From Marsupella aquatica (lineage: Eukaryota > Plantae > Marchantiophyta): a DNA stretch of 64,000 bases. Below, one piece after another: positions 11,201-19,173 of the stretch. The notes beneath the pieces were generated by a model that saw only the letters and a list, made by a program, of their open reading frames with translations, was not told where the DNA came from and did no database searches. The stretch covers positions 8,729,079-8,793,078 of the forward strand of contig OZ316898.1 of NCBI GenBank assembly GCA_973895155.1. Direction: 5' to 3'. A program made the translations under genes and the position numbers. Numbering within the stretch: position 1 is the first letter of the stretch; every line of letters begins with the position of its first letter.

Positions 11201-12939
11201 GCTTCAAGGCCGACCTAAGGGAGAAGGACGAGATGCTCGAACAGACTTACGCCAAGATGAACCAGATGGAGTCTGTCATCATTGCAGAGCTCGACAAGGA
11301 GCTAAGAGCAACCCAGGAGGAGAGGGCTACCTTGAAGAAGGAATTGGAGAAAGCCCACAGGGAGCAGGAGGAGGCCAAAAACGAGCTGGAGGGGGCACGT
11401 AAGGACCTGGATGAAACCCAAGAGGAGTTGGAGGAAATCACGAGGAAGATGGAGAACCTACAGCGGCGGGCCGACAACCAAACAGAGCGGCTGAAGAAAC
11501 AAGCCGCAGTATTTAAATGCTTAGCTGCAGCAGGTCCATCTCCCGTTGGGACAAACCAGTTACCAGGGGTGGTAATTGCCGAAGGACAAGCCGCGTCAAC
11601 TGCACCAGTGCCGGAAGTAAGTGGGAAGGGGAAGGGACCAGCTGCCGAGCCACCAACGAAGAAGAAGCGGAAACCTTCAGGGTCAAGGAGTAATATGACT
11701 TCACAGGCCGTGGTGATCAAGGAGGTAGACCCAGCACCGACCCCAGACAGGGTCACGGCTAAGGATCCAACTACCCTAGGGGAAGGGGAGGCCGAGGCCG
11801 AGGGAGTGGCTGAAGCCGAAGCCGTGGGAGTGGCTGAGGCCGAAGCCGTGGGTATTGCCGAGGCCGGTGTCGAGGCTGAAGCCGAAGGTGGACCCAGTCA
11901 GGCCGATGGAGAGTTGACTCGGTCAAGGGCAGGTAATCTGTCAGTAGGCGGGCCAACGGCAGTGGCTGAGGAGGAAGTGTTGGGGGCGTCCATTGAGGAT
12001 CCACCACCGGTGTCGTGACGGTGCAAGGGCGCCGTTCCTTTTAGGGAGGGCGGACGTGGAGGGAGGAGGCGTGAGTGGGCAGGGCGGGCACGGATCTCCA
12101 CGTTTAGGATTAGGATCAGAACCAGGAGCGGCCCTGACACTTAGCTTAGTGGGATTGCGGTTCCACTGGTAGGAGCAACACTTGTGCTCCTGCCTTGCTG
12201 TACATAGGTAGATTCGGGCAAGTAGATTACTGTCAGGTAGATTAGGCTTACGATGCAAAGAATGGCGGATCCACTACCAGGATAAGTACCTGGGCAGCGG
12301 GGAGCTCAGGGCCTCTTCTTTAGCAAGTTTTTAGTTTGCACCAGCCGGGCTGGGATCAAGTAGTACGAGAAGCTCTCGGTTAGTCATACAGTGACCCTTG
12401 TGTATATTCATGTTTCCTCATGCCTAAGAGCTGAATAGAGTTGGCCTCACGGCTTAGTTCGCAGAACTTGTGTATGAGATGTACTGTTTGTATGGCAAGT
12501 GCATGGTATGACTCAGTCAGAATGAGTCATTTTGCTATTTGTGTGTCGCATTAACTTGTGTGAAGAGTGCCCACATCAACAGAAGGAAGGAAAGTAAGCA
12601 GGGGAGTGATAGTTGGATGTGTCGAGCTGAGAGAGGTCTTAGCGGCTTAACCAAGCCTATTGGGGATCATTCCGGCGGCGGAATCCAAACATACCTAACA
12701 AGACGGAGGGGAAGACAGGGGAAGACAAGGGAAGGCCTATATTAGGCCGGCTACGTATCTCATGACCCGATGAAGGATCTGTCCAGTATATGTGTGTAAA
12801 ATGTTAATAGTAGTAGTAGAAGGTTAGCAGCGTCCCATGCCGCTAAGCCGCGGAAACGGCCTCGCCAAGCACGAAACCTGTGGGAATCGGCTTGAGCTGG
12901 GGGGTTTCTTGGGTTTAGGGAGCCATGGGACGCACCACA
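8280..12939 (+). repeat. 5' LTR (4,660 bp)
   Basis: Starts TGTGATGCC, ends CGCACCACA; about 17 substitutions seen by eye versus the 3' LTR. Confidence 0.95.
8395..12018 (+). CDS. LTR-encoded ~1,207-aa protein (5' LTR copy): Arg-rich N-terminus, plant-retrotransposon accessory-ORF-like domain, long coiled coil, acidic repeat tail
   Basis: Open frame 8356-12018, first ATG 8395. LLEFVGSW...RIYGKDFYLTPKVIAEVFGLP resembles the Athila env-like/Transposase_32-type motif (by eye). Heptad-rich region ~10700-11510, PTKKKRKP NLS-like motif, EAEAVGV repeats. Confidence 0.8.
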   Translation: MEPGQRPEVRLRVKTRLGLGRVKRRRLGRINGKKDRQRRGVRSACRRWWLICEHELGRRLREANYCQLLRQALGERVDTDDRPKEGMSNVNQAAHFWGCLFERATEYIKTYEDEESERAARERQELARLWELQKTAFLGGELIKDEFLWTPTSNQPDDLLFCKDSVVGIREAIKNCNDIHWELKGSTERWTRATVLGETSTAAEMKRKGAVNDEATPAKRTRSAAPKKPAEQQSKGQGEAEEEEVDPIKAIPTRDDTWKGWAATLPVEVQLHFAREEDACFTAMQTKKYQGFMAGSSLEAFVRLPWLKPEVPESDLLEFVGSWEPETNCTRIYGKDFYLTPKVIAEVFGLPMGNKTKVDTRKTLPDKEFRSFPGPSTKNGFFRNTCTNPHIGEMIDFLRVTMHCNLPRAEIGKAQVYLAERPDPSRDYNGYLLNQLKKILKEEQQVIGMGSVSRLGYHMPLLCRYARGQTFAPVLPLQVRAPEETPTPRPLAEKPQPPVSPTIEQVFRPKKEDLPMQQPGMQSLLKLLEKEKKSASATTTATATMQDTTTEVGLHRLTRENPFAGDKKRIRPESKPGVRMYVGTSTSKSEAELPEAPTEEEEREKPDVQEVEEAVEDCNHDNSGYGSDHHVPGVRTCGRFVPTLPRVVRGDPNQQSSPESPPPDVAPPSFDGIKQTVQEFQERIKQEEEAALAKEKDLPGGDWPEDIRRLAEKGSKPLATIEEIRRTAWEQRPRWAMPITSTYSTYAKNRAMEYGEMCGELALGIFGEELEVGPFFHREQLEKHQLEEAVALERSKKDEVIRRLRRMEAEIEDLRAAKKAQDELRIKRHELNIMQGQLDAAQADNQNIKDKLTQTQEELADTIKEREKWKQELKNTEEAHITANSRAMAETQRKEWALKGELEKIRGALEQKEVELGKSYQGIMALQQELASLTASFKADLREKDEMLEQTYAKMNQMESVIIAELDKELRATQEERATLKKELEKAHREQEEAKNELEGARKDLDETQEELEEITRKMENLQRRADNQTERLKKQAAVFKCLAAAGPSPVGTNQLPGVVIAEGQAASTAPVPEVSGKGKGPAAEPPTKKKRKPSGSRSNMTSQAVVIKEVDPAPTPDRVTAKDPTTLGEGEAEAEGVAEAEAVGVAEAEAVGIAEAGVEAEAEGGPSQADGELTRSRAGNLSVGGPTAVAEEEVLGASIEDPPPVS

Positions 12940-12943
12940 TTTT

Positions 12944-12960
12944 TGGCGCTAGATGGAGGG
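12944..12960 (+). promoter_or_regulatory. Putative primer binding site
   Basis: TGGCGCTAGATGGAGGG, 4 nt after the 5' LTR CA. The cognate tRNA could not be assigned by eye. Confidence 0.7.
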
Positions 12961-13008
12961 GGCATTTCTTAAGCCGTGAGATATGAAGTTAGAACGGAAG
13001 CGTAGGTA

Positions 13009-14979
13009 ATGACTGACCTTACGCCGAGGGAAGAAAGAGTGATTCAACGGGAGAGAGCTCGACTGCAGCAGCTGGCCGGGTGGCATGATACACAGCAACT
13101 GAGAGGGGCAGAAAGAGCTGGTAGCTCCGAAACTGGAAGTGGCATCGAAGAAGACATACCAGAGGAAGAGTCGGTAAGGAGAAGTGAGTCTCCAACCGAC
13201 ATGGGGGAACCAGAGGCACGGCAAGACGAGAGGCCAGGGACCAGATTGAGCCAGCGGTCGCGCATACATTACAAAGCATTTCATGGGAGAGGAGATGAGG
13301 ATCCGGACGAATGGTTGGATGATTTCGAGGGAACCGCTGCAGCAAATGGAGAATCGGCCATCAAGATGCAGATTCTTCCCGGCCTGTTCAAGGGTGAGGC
13401 TAGGCCTTGGTACAGAGCATTAGATGTGGAAGATCAAGCCATCTGGGATATCTTCAAAACACTCTTTGTTAAGGAGTTTCGACCCATTGGAACTTCAGAA
13501 CTAGCAGTGCTGAAGTTGGGACAACTTCGGTTCAAGGAGAACAAATCCTTCAGGAAGTTCTTGCAACGCTTTCAGAAACTGGTAAGACGTACAAAGACCA
13601 ATGCATCTGAAGGTATGCAACTTCAATGGTTGGTGAATGCTTTGCCACAGAAGATGAGTTTTGCAATTAGGAAGGAGAACCCGGAGACTTTAGCCGAAGC
13701 AATTAAGGATATTCAATTATACATTAATGCAGATATCACAAGCCGGAAGAAACAGCTTAAGCCTGAGAGTTCCTCATCAGAGGAGGGATCACCCCATAAG
13801 AAAAAAGATAAGAAGAAGAAACATTCCAAGAAGTCTAGAAGTGATAAGTCAAGCTCGGATAGTGGGAGTAGCAAGAGTGAGTCATCTTCTAGTTCTGAAG
13901 AAGAAAAAACTAGGAAAAGGAAGGGCAGAAGGAGAGGGAAGACGAAAGTCAAGATGGAGGCTAAGCCACCAGATAACATCGTAGCCCTTACCGAGCAACT
14001 TAAGGCTATCATTGCAGAGGTAAAACCAAAGAAGGTAGTACAGGAGGATAGCTCTGTATGGTGTGCCTTATGTTATAAAACCGGACACCATAAAGATGCG
14101 TGTCCTAAGCTTAATACTAATCATGTTCGGCATGTGGCCGAGATCAGACCATGTCAGGGAGAAGTAGAGTACTTTTTGGGAGATGCCGCTGATAGTGTTT
14201 TCGGCATCAGTGAGACTGGAGCACGAGACCTATCCAACAGACCTGCATCTCTGTGGTCAGGGTTAAGGAACAATCCAGGAGAGATGTATCCTCGGATTAT
14301 TCAGAACCCGTCAGTACCTCCTAGGCCGAATGTGCAAAGATTTGCGGCGTGCTATAATTGTGGTCAACCTGGCCATTTTGCTAGAGAATGCCCGAATGCA
14401 CGCAAACAGGGTGATGGACAACCAGCTCAGCTATGTATGGGATGCCGACAGGAAGGTCATATGCTAGGGCAATGTCCTACTTGGTTGGCAGGCCTGGCCG
14501 CAAATCATAAGCTTTTGCCGATCAAGATCTTACCGCCAGGTACTACCCCCGGAGGAGTTCAAATCAACCACATCGAACTAGGATGGCAAGAGGATGCCGA
14601 GGCAGAGTTCGTACCATCTGATGATGAGGCCGAAGCCCTATCAACCTTCTCAAAGGAGGATTTAGATCATGATTGCTACCGGGTCTCTACTCGATCTACC
14701 AGAAGGAAGGAAAGGTGGGATGGGCTGGCCAAAAATAAAGGGAAGGTTACGGAGGAAAGGATCGACTCTTCGTCAACATCAACAGAAGGAGAAGGGAGGG
14801 CTCCGGCAATACAGGTAAGCCATGAGCCCACCAGTGAAACCAATCCTTCACAAGATAGCGACTTCAATCGAGATCATCCTAAGTTGTTCTACCCCTCTGT
14901 TACGGCTAGTGTTAAGGAACAACTAAGAGAATTAGAAACCCTGGAGAATACCGAAGCCATTGCCAAGGATGTAAAATGA
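13009..14979 (+). CDS. gag: Gag (retrotransposon gag domain + three CCHC zinc knuckles)
   Basis: FHGRGDEDPDEWLDDF...KGEARPWY...FVKEF capsid-like block; CALCYKTGHHKDAC, CYNCGQPGHFAREC, CMGCRQEGHMLGQC. Ends at a TGA in frame with the protease segment. Confidence 0.92.
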   Translation: MTDLTPREERVIQRERARLQQLAGWHDTQQLRGAERAGSSETGSGIEEDIPEEESVRRSESPTDMGEPEARQDERPGTRLSQRSRIHYKAFHGRGDEDPDEWLDDFEGTAAANGESAIKMQILPGLFKGEARPWYRALDVEDQAIWDIFKTLFVKEFRPIGTSELAVLKLGQLRFKENKSFRKFLQRFQKLVRRTKTNASEGMQLQWLVNALPQKMSFAIRKENPETLAEAIKDIQLYINADITSRKKQLKPESSSSEEGSPHKKKDKKKKHSKKSRSDKSSSDSGSSKSESSSSSEEEKTRKRKGRRRGKTKVKMEAKPPDNIVALTEQLKAIIAEVKPKKVVQEDSSVWCALCYKTGHHKDACPKLNTNHVRHVAEIRPCQGEVEYFLGDAADSVFGISETGARDLSNRPASLWSGLRNNPGEMYPRIIQNPSVPPRPNVQRFAACYNCGQPGHFARECPNARKQGDGQPAQLCMGCRQEGHMLGQCPTWLAGLAANHKLLPIKILPPGTTPGGVQINHIELGWQEDAEAEFVPSDDEAEALSTFSKEDLDHDCYRVSTRSTRRKERWDGLAKNKGKVTEERIDSSSTSTEGEGRAPAIQVSHEPTSETNPSQDSDFNRDHPKLFYPSVTASVKEQLRELETLENTEAIAKDVK

Positions 14980-15999
14980 GCAAAAGCATTGTTTGCTTCG
15001 GAAGACCCAACAGCTGTGGAGACTAGCGTGGCAAAACTGGCCGAATCCAAGACGGAAACACCACCAGAAGAGAAGCCGATTGTTCCCTATGACCTGGCTA
15101 AAGATGTACTAGAATCTAGAGTCTCGGCAACAGTAGGTCAACTATTGAAAAATAGCCCGTACTTCCGGAAGCAATTAAGGAAGGCTATTCTCAGCAAGCC
15201 GAGATTACCCAAGGTAGCAACCAGATCCGACGTACTAATGATAGAAGAAGATCAAGGAGCCCCAACATTACCATTAATGATTCAAGGAGAATTATTACTA
15301 CGGGTACCCATCGATGGAGGATCAGGGGTATGTATTATGATTGATTCAACAGCAAAAGGGTGGGGTCTAACACCGGAGATGACTGGAAGAGTGTTGAACA
15401 TGGCCAATGGATATCAGGTCATTCCGACGGGAGTGTTAACCGGCATCAAGACAGAGATAGGAGGTATCTTCTTTAGCATTAACTATGTAGTAATGAAGCC
15501 GGTAAATCCTACGTCATTCCGGCTATTGATTGGTAGGCCATGGCTGTACCTAGCCGAGGTAATAGAAGATTGGGGTAAAAAGCAGTTCACTTTCGGGACC
15601 CCCTCTATCACGGTATCCTGGGACACTAAGGATGACCGTAGGAAAAGCATAAGGGAAGTAGATGGGTACGATAGTGGACTGGAGTCAGCCGATGAAGTAC
15701 GTTGGTTAGAATGCCTCACTAACCTAACCGAAGAAGGTGTCTTTGGACCAGAGGTACCCCCCAGCGGATTATGGCAAGAACCAATGGAAGGTGACTTGGA
15801 AGAAGAAGACGAAGAGGTCGAGGACTGCTTTACAATAGAATCCACCTTTTTAGCTGCAATTCCGGAGGAAGTAAAGGATGTAGACCAATTGGATGAAACG
15901 GCTAAGTGGGGAGCAGTAGCAGGGACAGTGGATTTTCTGCAGGCGTTGTGGCAGAGCCGACGGGGTCCACAACGCCATCGATCATCGGCAAGGAATTAA
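14980..15999 (+). CDS. Aspartic protease segment (same frame as gag, after an in-frame TGA)
   Basis: VPIDGGSGVCIM active-site-like motif and LLIGRPWL. Confidence 0.85.
   Translation, partial: AKALFASEDPTAVETSVAKLAESKTETPPEEKPIVPYDLAKDVLESRVSATVGQLLKNSPYFRKQLRKAILSKPRLPKVATRSDVLMIEEDQGAPTLPLMIQGELLLRVPIDGGSGVCIMIDSTAKGWGLTPEMTGRVLNMANGYQVIPTGVLTGIKTEIGGIFFSINYVVMKPVNPTSFRLLIGRPWLYLAEVIEDWGKKQFTFGTPSITVSWDTKDDRRKSIREVDGYDSGLESADEVRWLECLTNLTEEGVFGPEVPPSGLWQEPMEGDLEEEDEEVEDCFTIESTFLAAIPEEVKDVDQLDETAKWGAVAGTVDFLQALWQSRRGPQRHRSSARN
15930..15989 (+). promoter_or_regulatory. Candidate -1 programmed ribosomal frameshift signal (slippery heptamer + H-type pseudoknot)
   Basis: G_GAT_TTT at 15930-15936 in the protease frame, 5-nt spacer, perfect 10-bp stem 15942-15951/15967-15976; loop GCCGA (15956-15960) complementary to TCGGC (15985-15989). 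The RT ORF is in the -1 frame. Confidence 0.7.
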
Positions 16000-18900
16000 A
16001 TACCAAGGGATCGGCATACAAGCCGTTTACGAGGGCAGAACAAATTGAGGCCCTATTAGAAGCCGAGAGAGCACAGCGGCCTAACTCTCAGGAGCAAGAG
16101 GTGGATGAGATGGACAGACACGATCTAGAGCCAAGGCAGGAAGGGGAGCCGACCACTAATTCAAAACCAAATAGACCGGTAAGGGGACAATCTATGGACA
16201 CCAAGGAAGGGACCGACTCGGCTAGTCCAGCCGAGATCCCAGTTTATGGAGGTATGAGATTAGAGAGACTGGAAGCCGAACTGGACCCGAATTTGAAGAA
16301 GCAGATTAATATGATCCAAGCACGGCAATATCGGAAGCTCGACTTAGGAGAGGGAAGAGAACTGAACTTAGGGAGAAACCTAGCACCTGAGCTCGAGAAA
16401 GAGATCAGTGACTTATTGATTGAATTTCAGGATGTGTTTGCATGGAGTCACCAAGATCTAAAGGGAGTAGATCCAACACTAGGGGAACATCGAATTGATC
16501 TCATGTTAGGAGCCAAATTATTTCGACAACCAATTCGAAGGATGAACCCGAAGTATTCCCTGCTGGTCAAAACAGAAATCGACAAACTAGTGGAAGCTGG
16601 ATTCATCACTCCAGTCCTGCATTCAGACTGGGTGTCTCCAATTGTGATAGTTCCCAAGAAAGCTGGACCCGATGGTAAACCCAAGATCCGGGTTTGTCAG
16701 GATTACAGGAAGCTGAATGAAGCAACATTAAAAGACCATTTTCCTTTACCGTTTACTGATATGGTACTAGACATGGTAGCCAGTCATGAACTATATTCAT
16801 TCATGGATGGATACTCTGGTTATAACCAAATCAGGATTCGGCAGGAAGACCAAATCAAGACGGCCTTCATCACGGAATGGGGGATCTATGTCTTCAATCG
16901 TATGCCGTTTGGACTCTGCAACGCACCAGCTATGTTCCAACGATTAATGGTGAACATTTTTCATGATTACTTGAGAAAGTTCATGGAAATCTTCATTGAT
17001 GACTTTGCAGTATTCGGGAAGGCATCGAAACATGCTAAATACCTCAGGAAAACCTTCATGAGATGTAGAGAGGTGGGTCTCAAGTTACACCCCGATAAAT
17101 GTTTTTTTTGCAGTAACCGAGGGGGTGCTACTAGGTCACAAGGTATCAAGGAAGGGCATTGAGATTGACAAAGGTAAGCTAGCAGTATGGCTAGATATCA
17201 TGCAACCTAAGAACATAAAGGATGTAAGATCCTTCTTGGGATGCATTGGTTACTATCGCCGGTTCATCAAGGATTTTGCCAAGCTGGCTTTACCATTAAC
17301 CAATATGCTCAAGGCAGGAGCAGACTTCGAACCCACACCCGAACGAGTCACAGCGGTGGTAGAATTGAAGCAGATGTTAGTAGAGGCCCCAGTCATGATA
17401 GCACCGGACTGGAACAAAGATTTTCATGTTTTTGTAGATGTCTCGGGCTTCTGTATTGGCTCAGTACTAAGTCAGTTGGATGAGAAAGGAAGGGACCATC
17501 CCATATACTTCGCAAGCCGTCAGCTTGCCGATGCCAAACGGAACTACTCTACCACGGAAAGAGAAGCATTAGGAGTCATTTATTCTTGTAAAAAGTTTAG
17601 GCATTATTTACTAGGGTACAAGGTAATCTTTCATACTGATCATGAAAGTTTGAAGTACCTAGTCAATAAGCCGGACCTTACAGGCAGAGTAGCAAGATGG
17701 ATTTTGCTATTACAGGAGTTTGACTATGAGCTGAGGATCAAGCCGGGAAAGTTACATGCCAATGCCGACTTCTTTTCAAGGATCACAGGTAAACCTGCCA
17801 CGGATTGCATCGATGATCGATTCCCCGACGAGGAGCTATTCGTTGTGGAGATAGCTGGTACATGGTACCCTGAGATTTTACAATTTCTCAGCACTTCCAG
17901 ATTACAGCCAGGATTAAGCCGAGAGCAAGCCGCAGTCTTTGTGCGAAAGGTCAGACAGTATCAGTGCATTAAAGGCATACTGCACAAGCATGGAATCAAC
18001 GGCACGATTCAAAGGTGTTTGGAAAAGAGAGAGGTAAAACGAGTCCTACGGGCCATGCATGGAGAGGAGGCCGGAGGACATTTTGCCCCAGTAACCACGT
18101 CTAAGAAGATATTAAATGCCGGTTACTGGTGGCCCACCTTGCACAAAGATGTCTATCAGTTTATCAAACAATGCGATCCTTGTCAACGAGCGGGAGGACC
18201 AAGGGCGTCCACCAGGCATCCACTGCACCCTATTCTACCTCTGGCACCATTCGAGAAGTGGGGTATTGATTACATTGGACCTCTGAAACCACTGACCCAC
18301 CCTCGACGGAACAAGTACATAATCCTGGCTACGGATTATGCAACTAAATGGGTAGAGGCCAGACCAACAACGAAGGATGATGCAATTACTACGGCTAGAT
18401 TCATGTATGAGCAGATCTTCACCAGGTATGGAGCACCCCTAGAATTAGTTAGTGATAGAGGAACCCATTTTTTGAATGATATAATTAGTCGTTTAAATGA
18501 GCAGTATTTAGTTAAACATAGGCCTACTACTCCCTACCATCCAAAGGCAAACGGGTTGACAGAACGAGCAAACGGAATCATAGGAAAGATATTGAACAAG
18601 ACAGTAGCTCAGAACAAACTCGATTGGGATGATAAATTGTTTGCTGCTGTTTTTGCTTACAATCTTGCCTATAAATCCACTACCGGTCATACACCCTTCT
18701 TCTTAACCTTTGGACAAGAAGCCCTGGTACCCATGCAACTTGAGATACCGACATTTCAAGTTACAATTGAGGAAAGAGCCTCAGCGGAGGAGAGCCTAAA
18801 GGAGCGAGAATATAGGTTAGAAGCTTTAGAGGAAGCGAGAATGATTTCAGCCGAGAGAGTAGAATATAGACAGAATATCATGAAGCAGCAGTATGATAAA

Positions 18901-19173
18901 AGGTTAAAAGTAGTTAGTATTCATACCGGTGATCTTGTGCTACTTTATGACAGTAGGTATAGTAGGTTTCCAGGAAAGCTTTACACTCACTGGTTAGGAC
19001 CCTTTAGAGTAACCATGATGTTCCCCAATGGCTCCGTACAATTGGCCAACATTACGGGAGAGGTATATCCAGTTCGCATCCATTATGACCGCCTCAAGAA
19101 ATACTATATGGACGAAGATGAAGTTGTTCGTGAGGACGCTTCACAATTAAGTGGGGAGCTATGTGATGCCTAG
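15930..19173 (+). CDS. pol: Pol: reverse transcriptase, RNase H, integrase (one frameshift in T8 run 17102-17109)
   Basis: RVCQDYRKLN, MDGYSGYNQI, MPFGLCNAPA, FIDDF (RT); VDVSGFCIGSVL, RNYSTTEREAL, TDH (RH); H-H-C-C, GIDY...SDRG...NGLTERAN, GPF (INT). Removing one T restores PDKCFFAVTEGVLLGH. The stop codon lies inside the 3' LTR. Confidence 0.93.
19149..19161 (+). promoter_or_regulatory. Polypurine tract
   Basis: AAGTGGGGAGCTA immediately before the 3' LTR TG, inside the integrase reading frame. Confidence 0.7.

Noticed and set aside
8856-11756. Antisense ORFs inside the LTR ORF, and similar shadow ORFs over TIC55, the RLK and VID27
   Set aside because: They overlap longer coding frames, have low-complexity mirror composition and no recognisable motifs.
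17100-17112. Second programmed frameshift within RT
   Set aside because: It lies in a T8 homopolymer inside a conserved RT motif and needs a one-base deletion to restore KCFF; more likely slippage mutation or sequencing error.
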